Both the position numbers and the translations under genes were made by a program. The notes under the pieces were generated by a model. It searched no databases and was not told the origin of the DNA. It saw nothing but the letters and a program-made list of their open reading frames with translations. A stretch of DNA of 64,000 bases from Orbicella franksi (taxonomy: Eukaryota), in NCBI GenBank assembly GCA_964199315.1, contig OZ116710.1, positions 18,724,001-18,788,000 on the forward strand, read 5' to 3'. This document shows, piece by piece, positions 38,721-49,315 of the stretch. The stretch's first letter is position 1. The number at the start of each line of letters is the position of its first letter.

Positions 38721-39348
38721 AATAGTGCACAGCTTGTTTTTAACATCTATAGGCTGGACACTGGATAGTGCACAGCTAATGTTTCGACATCTATAAGCTT
38801 GACACTAAATAACACACAACTTGTTTACGACATCTGTAGTCTTGACACTGAATAGTGCACAGCTTTTTTTCAACATCTATAGACTTGACTCTGAATAGTG
38901 CACAGCTAATGTTTTCAACATTTATATGCTTGACACTAAATAGCACACAACTTGATTACAACATCTATAGTCTTGACACTGAATAGTGCACAGCTTGTTT
39001 TTAACATTTATAGGCCTGACACTGAATAGTGCACAGCTAATGTTTTCAACATCTATATGCTTGACACTAAATAACACACAACTTGTTTACGACATCTATA
39101 GTCTTGACACTGAATAGCCCCCGGGTTGTTTTTGGCATCTATTATCATGAAACTGAATAGTGCACAGCTTGTTTTTAACATCTATAGGCCTGACACTGAA
39201 TAGTGCACAACTAATGTTTTTGACATCTATGAACTTGACAATAGATAACACACAACTTGTTTATGACATCTGCAGTCTTGACACTGAATAGCTCCCAGAT
39301 TGTTTTTTGCATCTATTATCCTGAAACTGAACAGTACACAGCTTGTTA
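38721..39348. repeat. Minisatellite of about 43-45-bp monomers with higher-order structure (ABC ABC ABCD ABCD A)
   Basis: Consensus aatagtgcacagcttgtttttaacatctatag(g/t)cttgacactg; variant B has ctaatgttt, C has aataacacacaac, D has ctattatc(a/c)tgaaactg. Confidence 0.85.
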
Positions 39349-39398
39349 CACCAAACAGAAAGATATTGCCTTTGTAATTATAACAGTCACCTAAAGCA

Positions 39399-39411
39399 AA
39401 TAATAATAATA

Positions 39412-39453
<42 letters not shown>

Positions 39454-39540
39454 ATAATAATAATAATAATGTTTATTAGTGGCTTATAAATAATAATAAT
39501 AATTTTTTTTAATAATAATAATAATGTTCATTAGTGGCTT
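39399..39540. repeat. (AAT)n microsatellite with local duplication
   Basis: Long aat runs and a repeated taataatgtt(t/c)attagtggcttat unit. Confidence 0.85.
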
Positions 39541-39691
39541 ATGAAAAATTACAACTGTAAAAATTCTTCGGACAATATATATGTCAAGGAAATACTAACT
39601 TACAAAACGAATTACAAATTACACTCATTCTTTACAACCCTTATAAATTTGTCTATTGTCATTTGTCGAAAAAATTTAAATAAGAATAGTA

Positions 39692-39819
39692 NNNNNNNNN
39701 NNNNNNNNNNNNNNNNNNNNNNNNNNNNNNNNNNNNNNNNNNNNNNNNNNNNNNNNNNNNNNNNNNNNNNNNNNNNNNNNNNNNNNNNNNNNNNNNNNNN
39801 NNNNNNNNNNNNNNNNNNN
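39692..39819. other. Assembly gap (128 N)
   Basis: Run of n characters; ORFs 39541-40284 and 39612-39866 are artefacts of reading through it. Confidence 0.99.
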
Positions 39820-39856
39820 TTCAGCTTACAAGTTGTATCTGTTGTTTTCATTGATT

Positions 39857-40080
39857 TAGACTGCAAAACAGTCGTTTTCGGACGTTTTGGGAGGACGCGA
39901 AGCGCTGTAAGCGCGATCCTCGCGTGTGAAGCGCGCGAGCCTCACACGCCCCTAGGGCATTTGAGGCGAGAAAGCGTCTCTCCCCATTCTCCCTCGCCGT
40001 TTTTACACTCGCTCCAGACCTTTCGTTTGAATACTGACCGTCGCACGCGTTCGCAAAAAATACGACTGTTATGCAGTCTA
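39857..40080. mobile_element. 224-bp MITE, TAG...CTA termini, 9-bp TSD (8/9)
   Basis: TIR tagactgcaaaacagtcgt / acgactgttatgcagtcta; flanks tcattgatt / tcattgttt. Confidence 0.85.
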
Positions 40081-40576
40081 TCATTGTTTCTCATAACAAG
40101 TCAAATTACATTAAATTGTGAGGTCACTACTTTTGAATGGTTATTACTTTTTGAATGTCGCTACTGTCAGCATTTGTTAACAACCACGAAATTTAATCGC
40201 TACTTTCATGGGAGGATCGTTACCTTAAGTTTAAACATGCAAATTCATTTTGTAAAGGTTTGTGACTATATGTACAATGTATAATGTACATGTTTAATAA
40301 ATCTAGCACGTACAACTCAAATGTTTCTTAATCCCTTGGTTATTGCCATTTCGTCATGTTAGTCTAGTAGGTTGCTGGTATCCATTTATAATCCTGGGTG
40401 AAGTAAGTTACTGTTTGAATAAAGTGCTCTGTTCAAGCACATTAAACTCAAGGTCATTGGGAAGGCTTCTTAATCTGGGGACCATTTCACTTAGTGTTAT
40501 GCCACTACACCATAAATAATCAGAGATCCATATTGGTTTTTTCTTCAAGTCGTCAGCCGGGCAAGTATGCCAGATG

Positions 40577-41146
40577 GGGTGTCTGGAAAACCCGAATAGC
40601 GAATAGCGAATAGTCCCGAATAGCGAATAGTACGAATAGTGCGAATAGTGGCGAACAGTCTCGAATAGTGACGAATAGTGGCAAATAGGGGTAACGAGTG
40701 GCAAATAGTGGCAAGTAGTAACAAATAGGGTACCCAGTATCTCGCAGTTAACCTCATAGCAACGTAGGATGGGATTTTCCGCTAAAAAGCACAGACGCTT
40801 ATCAGGACAAAAGGTGTTTCTAAGCGTAATTTCTTCTGTTTTAACCGCTGCAAAAGCGTAAGTACGTCTTTATTAGGTTATCCTTGTGTTTTCTATTTTC
40901 TTAATGTCGGCGATGGACAGCGTACTAGCCTGAGTCCGGAGAAGAAAAGGTAATAAAGTCACTGAAATTCTGTTGCTTATTTGGATAATTGATTAACGCT
41001 GGATATTAGATCTAAAGCGGTGACTATTGACGACTATGCGTCACTATTCGCCACTTTTCGCGACTGGTCGCCACAATTCGCACTATTCGGTACTATTCGC
41101 TATTCGCGACTATTCGCTATTTGCTATTCGGGTTTTCCAGACACCC
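40577..41146. mobile_element. Mutator-like MITE with (GCGAATA)n arrays, copy 2 (reverse orientation to copy 1), perfect 9-bp TSD
   Basis: gggtgtctggaaaacccgaatagc / gctattcgggttttccagacaccc; tgccagatg at 40568-40576 and 41147-41155. Confidence 0.9.
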
Positions 41147-42165
41147 TGCCAGATGACATACTTGCCCTGGCAAAGATACAATACAAACAAGCAGGGAACA
41201 AGCTCCTCCGTGCTTAGTTTTCCCTCAATATAAATGCTGCAAGCTTGGTTTTGTGAAGTCACATTTGTGTCGTCTTTAATTTAAGACAACTAACGCTATT
41301 CCTTGCAGTTTTCGATGCATTGGTTAGTTAGTTTAAAAGAGGATCTTCCCAAACATCTTTGGAAGATCTGGATCTCAGTTTTTATGTTGTCACATTTTGG
41401 TCAACTGAAATAGATTCGTAAAATAATAATAGGCAATAATTGCTGTAATGACTGAATGCTCACAAGTATTTTTTCGTATTTTTTTCGTATTTCAGATTGG
41501 CTGCCTTTTTCAGTGAAAAAGAGTAATTAAGGCCTGGGGGAACTGGTGATGAACTCAAGATGGATTGATCATACACGGAGGATGATATGTGACAGTTATC
41601 AGCCGATAGGTTAACAAGTCTACCGCGTGTACAACTGACAGGTAAGACATCATTTACTTCTAAGACAAATGTTTGACTGTTTAGCTAAATGTAAGTGACG
41701 ACACGATGTGTAAAATTACCTACAGAAAGAACGAAACTCAAGAGTGAAAAAAAAAAAACCAGATGAGTTTAGTGTTCTCGCGCAACATAAAGTTGTTTGG
41801 ATGTAAGCTACATGTAACACGAAACTGTGGTCTGTTTTCTTTTTTGTTTTTTAAATTGGGGGGAGTTGCTCCGTACAATAGCGAGGTAAAATTTAACTTT
41901 TTTTCCACAAGGTGAAAAAAAAAATGTATAGGGTTTTAGAGTCGAATATACTTTTACTTTTCAAGTTTCATTGGCTCAGTGTGAGAGAAAACAAAATTAT
42001 AATTTCTGTTCTGTCCTTGATCTAGTGGAAAACAGATTCATTCAAATATGCCTTAAAACATGGTTGCCAGCGAGTCGTGAATCTCCTGATTTGAAAATAG
42101 ATACACCAAAATGTTTCCCGAGGAATATTGACGAAATTTGGCCAGTTAGCGTAAATGCTGTTTAA

Positions 42166-42963
42166 AGGTCCGGTAATACGGGCAACATTTTTCTTCAAAT
42201 TGTCTCGCAACATTGTTGCATTGCAAGTTGAAATACATTGTTGCGCGTATTACCACGTTTGTGACCAACTTGTCTCGCAGCAAAATACAGTGTTGCAAGT
42301 TGAGGCAATATGTTGCGCAAAGTAGACTCTGAGTTCTACTTTCCGCAACAAATTTTAGTTTTGCTGCTCGTATTACCACTGAAGCTACAACTTGTCTCGC
42401 AACAAATTTGAATTCAACGCTCGTGATTGGCTGTCGCGAAGTGCGGCAATTAAAAAAAAAACATGGCGGACGGTGAAGGCGAGCCTGAATTCGAAGTAGA
42501 CCAGTAACTCTCGGAAAGTCATAAATTTGTCCTGTACAAAGACCTCGAGGGCTATCATAGTCTTTGGGACACCTCGTTTATCCCTTCAAAACAAACAGGA
42601 AAAAAGGCAAAAGGCTTGGAAGAACTGTCGCAAAAATACAACTTTTCGCCTACCTACCTGAAATGACACTGAGCTTCATACTGAGAGAACTTCGCTGGCA
42701 CAGAAACTTAAGAAGAAAACGACGGCCAGAAGTCGAAGTGCAACTTCGTTGAAATGCTAAATTATGTTAAAAAAGGCGCCATCTTTATTTACACACGATT
42801 AAGCAATTATACCTGTGGAATTCTGCAGACTTGCAACACTGTATTTTGCTGCGAGACAAGTTGGTCACAAACGTGGTAATACGCGCAACAATGTGTTTCA
42901 ACTTGTAATGCAACAATGTTGCGAGACAAGTTGAAGGAAAATGTTGCCCGTGTTACCGGACCT
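42166..42963. mobile_element. Kolobok-like non-autonomous element, copy 1 (798 bp, about 135-bp TIRs)
   Basis: ttaa|aggtccggtaatacgggcaacatt ... aatgttgcccgtgttaccggacct|taag; near-identical copy at 54393-55190. Confidence 0.8.
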
Positions 42964-44295
42964 TAAGTACGAGGAGACTGAAGTCATTTAGGGCACCCCT
43001 GAACCCCCACAGCTCCTCGATCGCCTCCAAGTTAAAATTTCGTCAAAACAAAGCATCGTTATTTCTTCGTAGTAATGAAAGGACAAATCATTATAAAACA
43101 CCACCAATTTTGCAAACTTCCCATGGACTTAAACTTCAAGATAATGGCATAGGCTTATTAGAGCCCTGGACGTCTTTTCTTGCGATTTATTCTCAGGATC
43201 ACAGTCGCCCACTGTCTCTCGGAACCTGGAATTATGTCATTGGTTCTTAAAATAACAACAAGTCATAACAATGCCGCTAGCCGTAAAAAGATTAATAGAG
43301 GTTGTGTTTACCGCGGACAAATGAAAAGCAATCGAGGTTTCAGAAAGGTAATGTCTTACTGGAGTTTCTCAAGCTTGGTCTCATAGGTCATGTGTGTAAC
43401 GCTAGTTTTAGCTCTTTTCCCTCAATTGCGATACTCGATTTAGTTGTATAGAAGTGTTTCGTAAACGTTCCTGATTATTTCTTCACTTTCTGGTCGCATT
43501 GATAGGCAATATTTCTGTAACTGGATGCTGAGAAATTGTTTTCTCTTATTTCAGGCAGGACGCGTTTCAGTCAAGAAGAACAGTTAAGGCCCGAGTGAAC
43601 TGTTAATGATCTCACTTTGGATTCGCTCATACACCACGTCTGTCTTAAACTTACCAGTCGATACGTTAAGATATCGCTTACTTCCGAGATATATATGTTT
43701 TTTTTAATTGTAATGTGCAGTAAAAAGTAAACACTTCAGAGGAATTGAATTTGAAAATAATACTTTCCTACCGTATTAAAGGCCATATGAGGTTATAAGA
43801 ACAAACCAGAAATGACGGATGGATAGAAATGGGAGAGATTTAAGATTCTGTAGATACGCCAGTCCTGATTCCACGTTTTTGACGTAACTCTTTATTAGTA
43901 CTTAAAGACGTATCAAAAATCTCGTTATAAATGTGTTAAATATTCAATTGAAATTTAATCAGTGCTTTTTCCTGCAACAGGTAATAGTTATGATGTAAGC
44001 TTAGGAAGACATCGTCTGTTTACATGGGGAAGGCTGTTTGTCCAGTTGAAAATAATAGGGGTCCATTTTAGCCTGGATAAAATTATTGTCGAATATACTT
44101 TTGCTGTCCCAGTTCAATTGTGAAAGAAAATAGGAAATACAGTTTTCGAAGTCAGTCAAATTGTTTATTTCGATAAAAATTATGATAATTTTATCAAATG
44201 TAATTCTGTATTGTTTAATTTACATCTTTCTGTAGTTGTTGACGCACAGCTCGGTTAGCTATGCAGTAATTTGTCGAATAGAAGTTTATAAATCT

Positions 44296-44599
44296 ATTTA
44301 ATGTCGTTGTTCCTAGCGAAAGTAAGTTAACCGTGGCGACTTGCGATTGAACCAGAGCTATTACTCAAATACAAACAACTCGTGATGGCGTTAATGGGGG
44401 AACACTGCCTTGCGTTTGGTTAGCCCATGCGACTTCCGGCGATAGCGTGACAAAACAACCTCACTTATCTCCCCAGCACTACGAGCTGAATGACAGACAG
44501 CACGTGCTGGATCGGACAAGAGTATCGGTTAGCAAGCGATGTTCAAAGGCGATGAAAAAACAACAAGCTTGGGGGAAGTCGCTGCGCAGACTTAACCGC
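44296..44599 (-). repeat. Split direct repeat B2
   Basis: Identical by eye to 45076-45379 (atttaatgtcgttgttcc...cttaaccgc). Confidence 0.9.
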
Positions 44600-44675
44600 A
44601 CCACACAGGAGTGACCCCTTGTTTATTATGCAGGAAGACATGACCAACCTCGTCTCCAAAGGGAGGGAGGGAGGG

Positions 44676-45080
44676 AAAATTAAACGATAGATTTACAATA
44701 AGTAATAGCTACGTTGCTTAGACGAACTCAGAATGGACTCCGAACAGTTTTCCGAGCTTTTATACGGAGACGTTCGTCTGCTTGTAAGCCAGTAGAAAAG
44801 GCTGTACTACCGAACAGCTTACCCTAACACGTGTAACATCTTAAACATGAATAGTGCTTTAATGCTTTGCACCAATGCTATGGTACGTTATAACGTTCAG
44901 AAGATAACAAAGCTACAATGTTTTAGGTTTAGCTACAATAACGCTTACAGTTTGTTGACCTTTGGAATATAACTGCTCAATAGCTCTATAGAAAGTGATG
45001 CCGCCATGAACGGCTCATTCAGAACGTACGTCACGCTCCATTAACTATATTTTACTGGCGTGACAGTAAAATCTCATTTA
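44676..45080 (-). repeat. Split direct repeat A2
   Basis: Identical by eye to 49316-49720 (aaaattaaacgatag...atctcattta). Confidence 0.9.
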
Positions 45081-45379
45081 ATGTCGTTGTTCCTAGCGAA
45101 AGTAAGTTAACCGTGGCGACTTGCGATTGAACCAGAGCTATTACTCAAATACAAACAACTCGTGATGGCGTTAATGGGGGAACACTGCCTTGCGTTTGGT
45201 TAGCCCATGCGACTTCCGGCGATAGCGTGACAAAACAACCTCACTTATCTCCCCAGCACTACGAGCTGAATGACAGACAGCACGTGCTGGATCGGACAAG
45301 AGTATCGGTTAGCAAGCGATGTTCAAAGGCGATGAAAAAACAACAAGCTTGGGGGAAGTCGCTGCGCAGACTTAACCGC
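45076..45379 (-). repeat. Split direct repeat B1 (abuts A2, forming the circle-junction sequence)
   Basis: Shares the attta core with the end of A2. Confidence 0.9.
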
Positions 45380-45433
45380 CACTGATGCATGCAAGGCAAT
45401 GCATCCCCCCAAGCCATGGAAGCCGGTGAGAAG

Positions 45434-46450
45434 CTAGTTCGGCGAGAAACGTTCAACAATGTTAGCCATCCTGGGAGCTACTGACTCTAATGTAGATTGA
45501 GGAGTTCTTATATAAAGCTGGTAACAGTCTGAGGACCAGCGACCCACGACTTTAATAAGCCAGTCTGGCAAGCCGGCAGCAGCGGCAACCGACGCAGCAC
45601 CTATTCGGAAGCTATGGCCCTTGAGACTCTGGTAAGGAAGACCTGCGACCCTCGAACTGTCCCGTAGAAGGTGCGAAACCGCTCCCCGAGTAAGCAAATT
45701 ACCTGACTGGAAGTAAAATAAGGGACCTTGTTGCGGCCGTGCTAAGAGAAAGTACTCTCGCATAGCCGAGACCGCGCAAAGGGTGGACGAAGTGCGAGCG
45801 ATGGTGAGAGATTGCCCTCGCCTGTAAACATCTGTTTTTGAAGATTTTAGCTGCACCGTCATGCGCTGCGGGCATGCCAGGGTTGGATGAAAGGCTATAC
45901 AATCAGTAGAAAGATCAAAAAGCGGTCTAAATTTGCGAACACTGTTGTAGGTAAATTCACTGCATCGCAGGAAGGCGAAAAAGGCTAAATTGAAAGCGGC
46001 CCAGATCATGGAGAAATCCCAGGGGCTAAGCCATGATTGCAGAACAGGACGGATTGCCGAGAGAACCTGAGGGGTAACCGGTTGACGGCGAATACGCTGT
46101 TCGCCTTGGTAGCGGAGAATACCGCGTAAAACCTTGTGGAGAAGAAGCTTGCCCTTCAGAGGGTCACTGTACCCAGCAGTGATATGGAGGTTGCGAACAG
46201 CTGCTAAATAGAGTTTAATTGTGCTATGACGCACCGTTCTAGCGAGATAGGAGGCAAAATAAATAAGAGTACCCTCGGAGGCGGGTAGGACATCCCCGTC
46301 TGGACCTAGGAGACGATTCATCAGGCAGAATTGTAAAAAGCGTTTTTCCCCACAGCTGTAGGCTCGATTTGTGTTCTTGGAAAGACCCCAAGAAGCGTAG
46401 GTGAGCACTTCCTCTCTCAAAGGGTCATTAGTGAAGGCGGGATGGTACAA
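45434..46450 (-). CDS. Tyrosine recombinase (ORF3 of the Ngaro element), 338 aa
   Basis: Catalytic set present: FLRCSEF (R), LKSSKTD (K), GHSFRIGAAS (HxxR), GRWSSDCYQLY (W, Y); N-terminal SAM-like region STIKLYLAAVRNLH. Confidence 0.93.
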   Translation of the reverse strand: MYHPAFTNDPLREEVLTYASWGLSKNTNRAYSCGEKRFLQFCLMNRLLGPDGDVLPASEGTLIYFASYLARTVRHSTIKLYLAAVRNLHITAGYSDPLKGKLLLHKVLRGILRYQGEQRIRRQPVTPQVLSAIRPVLQSWLSPWDFSMIWAAFNLAFFAFLRCSEFTYNSVRKFRPLFDLSTDCIAFHPTLACPQRMTVQLKSSKTDVYRRGQSLTIARTSSTLCAVSAMREYFLLARPQQGPLFYFQSGNLLTRGAVSHLLRDSSRVAGLPYQSLKGHSFRIGAASVAAAAGLPDWLIKVVGRWSSDCYQLYIRTPQSTLESVAPRMANIVERFSPN

Positions 46451-48261
46451 GGAATCTGGTCGGCATCGGGTGCGAGGGCCCAGAAACGCTGCATCTGAAA
46501 GCGGGAGAGGGCATCAGCAATCTCATTTGAAACCCCAGGGACATGACGGGCCCGTACAAGAAAATTATGTTCCATGGATAGGAGAACAAGCTTTCTGACC
46601 AGTTCCATGATAAGGGGAGCTTTTGAATGCCCCGAATTTATGATAGATACCACTGATTCATTATCACACCAAAACTGCAGACGTTTTCCCTTGAAAAGTG
46701 GGTGCCATATAGCGCAGGCAACAACGATGGGGAAGAGTTCTTGCCACTCAATGCTTATACCCCGCTCTCGGTTCAAAAGCATAAGGGGAGGCCAGTGCCC
46801 TTGGAACCACTTTCCCTGAAAATAACCGCCGAACCCCACGGAGCCCGCTGCGTCAGTGTAGAGCTCTAGGTCTGGAGTAGGGGTAGTGGTGGACTCAAGA
46901 AAAAGGGAGCGCCCGTTCCATTTGGAGAGGAAAACTTTCCACATATCGAGGTCCCTAAAGAACTCCCTGTTAAGCCTGATGTGATGAAAACGACTAGGGA
47001 CACCCTTAGTTAAATTAATGGCGCGTTGAAGGAAAGTCCTGCCGGGGACTACCACTTTACATGCAAACTGGAGAGTACCAATGAGTGATTGTAACTCAAC
47101 CAGGCGCACGGAGCGGCGTTTCTTAAAGGATGTCAGCAAGTCATAAGTCCTGGAAAGTTTGTCCTGGGGTAAGCGGGCCTCCATGCGAATGCTATCTAAA
47201 ACGATCCCCATAAATTCTATTTCTTGGGAGGGGCCTATGGTCTTGGACGCTACTACCGGGGCCCTAAGTGACATGAATACCCGTAAAAGAGTGCTGAAGC
47301 TAGTAAGACAAGCTAATCTAGAACTTTCAGCGATGAAGAAGTCGTCCAGGATGTGAATGACCCGCTGGAGACCATAGTTATGTTTTAGGATCCACTCGAG
47401 CCCATCGGAGAGCTGATTAAAAATGAACGGGGCACTGCGAAGCCCGAAGGGTAAGTACATGTCCACATAGTATTGAGATTTCCACAAAATACCCAGTAAG
47501 TTCCAGTCTTCGGGGTGGATTGGTATAAGGCGAAAGGCTGATTTAAGATCAGTCTTAGCCATAAAGGCTCCCTTTCCCAGGGACTGGAGGATATGAATTG
47601 CATCGTCTACCCGAACATAGCTCAGGGAATAGGGATCCTTGGCAATGTGGTCATTTATACTATTTCCGTGTGGGTAGGAGAGGTGATAGATAGTTCGCCA
47701 GTCATTTGAGTGTTTTTTAGGAATAACTCCCACTGGATGACACTGGAAATTTGCTAAGGGAGGGGCAGGATAGGGACCGGCTACCCGTCCTAAGTTCACT
47801 TCCTTTTGCAGGTTGGCAGAAACTACATCAGGGTGCTGCGTCGCAGATATAAGGTTGGGGGAAATCCGGGCTGAACGCGGCCCACAATAACCAATACGAG
47901 CGCCTTCTTTAAGCGTACTTAGCAAATTAAAGACAAAATTACGATCTGGGTGATCGGTTAATTCTAAATCTAAGCGATAAATGTCAATAGGTGAGGATAC
48001 TAATGGCTTCTGATGACGCCTTTGCTGCTCCACTTTACTTCTTGCTTCGCTCACTGGGTCTGGGGACTCCCGCGTTCCGGGCTTGGCCACTGGATTGTTG
48101 CTGAGGGCAGTCTTGGACGGTGTGGCCGTTTGAGTAGCAGCGGCGGCACACGTGCGGGTAGCTGCAGTTTCGGCGCCGGCACCCAGAGGACTTGTTGAAG
48201 TCAAAGCACACCGTCTGGGAACGACGCTGTTTTCTGTAGGGGTCAGCGGAAGGACACACAT
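46417..48261 (-). CDS. Reverse transcriptase plus RNase H (ORF2 of the Ngaro element)
   Basis: KTDLKSAFRLIP, LPFGLRSAPFIF, HILDDFFI; RNase H LYTDAAGS, QELFPIV, WCDNESVV, HVPGVSNEIADALSR. No ATG at the ORF start; overlaps ORF1 by 227 nt and ORF3 by 34 nt. Confidence 0.95.
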   Translation of the reverse strand: MCVLPLTPTENSVVPRRCALTSTSPLGAGAETAATRTCAAAATQTATPSKTALSNNPVAKPGTRESPDPVSEARSKVEQQRRHQKPLVSSPIDIYRLDLELTDHPDRNFVFNLLSTLKEGARIGYCGPRSARISPNLISATQHPDVVSANLQKEVNLGRVAGPYPAPPLANFQCHPVGVIPKKHSNDWRTIYHLSYPHGNSINDHIAKDPYSLSYVRVDDAIHILQSLGKGAFMAKTDLKSAFRLIPIHPEDWNLLGILWKSQYYVDMYLPFGLRSAPFIFNQLSDGLEWILKHNYGLQRVIHILDDFFIAESSRLACLTSFSTLLRVFMSLRAPVVASKTIGPSQEIEFMGIVLDSIRMEARLPQDKLSRTYDLLTSFKKRRSVRLVELQSLIGTLQFACKVVVPGRTFLQRAINLTKGVPSRFHHIRLNREFFRDLDMWKVFLSKWNGRSLFLESTTTPTPDLELYTDAAGSVGFGGYFQGKWFQGHWPPLMLLNRERGISIEWQELFPIVVACAIWHPLFKGKRLQFWCDNESVVSIINSGHSKAPLIMELVRKLVLLSMEHNFLVRARHVPGVSNEIADALSRFQMQRFWALAPDADQIPCTIPPSLMTL

Positions 48262-49303
48262 CTTCAGCGTGATAGGGACTCGAGCAGATACCGCAATGGG
48301 GCTTAGCTAGGCCCGAGAAGGTCACCGTCCATAACTCCAGGTCTACTTTGTCCCACTGAAGGGACAAATTGGAAGAGGCACGGCGACGAAATTGCTGGTC
48401 GTAGGAAAGCCAAGCAAGACCCTTGAATTTAGTTACCGCGCGACTAATTATCTGCTGGTACTTAATCAGCTCAAGGGCCCGTCTTGGATAGGCAGTTACA
48501 ATGACCAACATGTACACCATGTAGGCCTCCAGCCACTTCTGAAAAGAGTCTATAACGGGTTTTCTTTTCCTAACCATGGTGACCGGGGAACCCAGGGGAC
48601 CTGAGGACGAGTCGTCTAAGCGGAGCTGAATTTCAGGGGCCTGGGACTGATACAAGTTGTCAGGTAAGAGTAAGGCAAGATCAACGTACTCACCCCGGAG
48701 TATTTTGTCCTCCATATTACGGTCCACTGGCCTCGACAGACCCAAAGGAGACGCCATACCCGAAGCTGCGAGAGTTTGGCTGGAGGGCGTTGGGCTGAAG
48801 GCGCTGTTTGTACGAACGGCGTCCAGAGCGCTGTGTACGGACCGGGATACAATGTCCTCAATGGCAGAACGCTGCGCTGGACTGAGGGCGTCTCTTTGAT
48901 CAGTAGAGTGATTAGTATGGAAGAGATCTTCCTCTGTATCTGACTGCAGCATGTCCTCAATAGAAGACAACGAGGCGCGGTCGGAGAGGGCGCTGTCCTC
49001 CGGAATGCTGAGACGCCGGCCTTGAGTGGCGTCGATTTCACTGGCTGTAGTGGACGGCTGTTGTGTGGATGTTTTGTTCGCCGTATGACGAGTGCGTTGA
49101 GGCCGACCAGGTCTTCGTTTAGATTGACTGGCCTTTCCCGTCGATGCTCGCTTGAGCCGGGCGAGGAGTTGCACTTTGGAGCCTGTTATGGGCAAATTCA
49201 GCGATTGAAGACGAAGTTTGAGGACCTCGCTGGATAGCTTCGATAGGTCCTCACTTCTGGTAGCGACCCGAGCAGTATTCGACGAGCGGCGAGAGCGAGC
49301 CAT
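48035..49303 (-). CDS. Gag-like ORF1 of the Ngaro element with SAP-like N-terminus and CCHC/CCCH/CCHC fingers, 422 aa
   Basis: LSSEVLKLRLQSLNLPITGSKVQLLARLK (SAP pattern); CGICSSPYHAEDVC, CFDFNKSSGCRRRNCSYPH, CRRCYSNGHTVQDC. Confidence 0.88.
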   Translation of the reverse strand: MARSRRSSNTARVATRSEDLSKLSSEVLKLRLQSLNLPITGSKVQLLARLKRASTGKASQSKRRPGRPQRTRHTANKTSTQQPSTTASEIDATQGRRLSIPEDSALSDRASLSSIEDMLQSDTEEDLFHTNHSTDQRDALSPAQRSAIEDIVSRSVHSALDAVRTNSAFSPTPSSQTLAASGMASPLGLSRPVDRNMEDKILRGEYVDLALLLPDNLYQSQAPEIQLRLDDSSSGPLGSPVTMVRKRKPVIDSFQKWLEAYMVYMLVIVTAYPRRALELIKYQQIISRAVTKFKGLAWLSYDQQFRRRASSNLSLQWDKVDLELWTVTFSGLAKPHCGICSSPYHAEDVCPSADPYRKQRRSQTVCFDFNKSSGCRRRNCSYPHVCRRCYSNGHTVQDCPQQQSSGQARNAGVPRPSERSKK

Positions 49304-49315
49304 GGAAGGTTTACA

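Noticed and set aside
39541-40284. 247-aa ORF (and 39612-39866)
   Set aside because: Open only because it reads through 128 Ns and a MITE.
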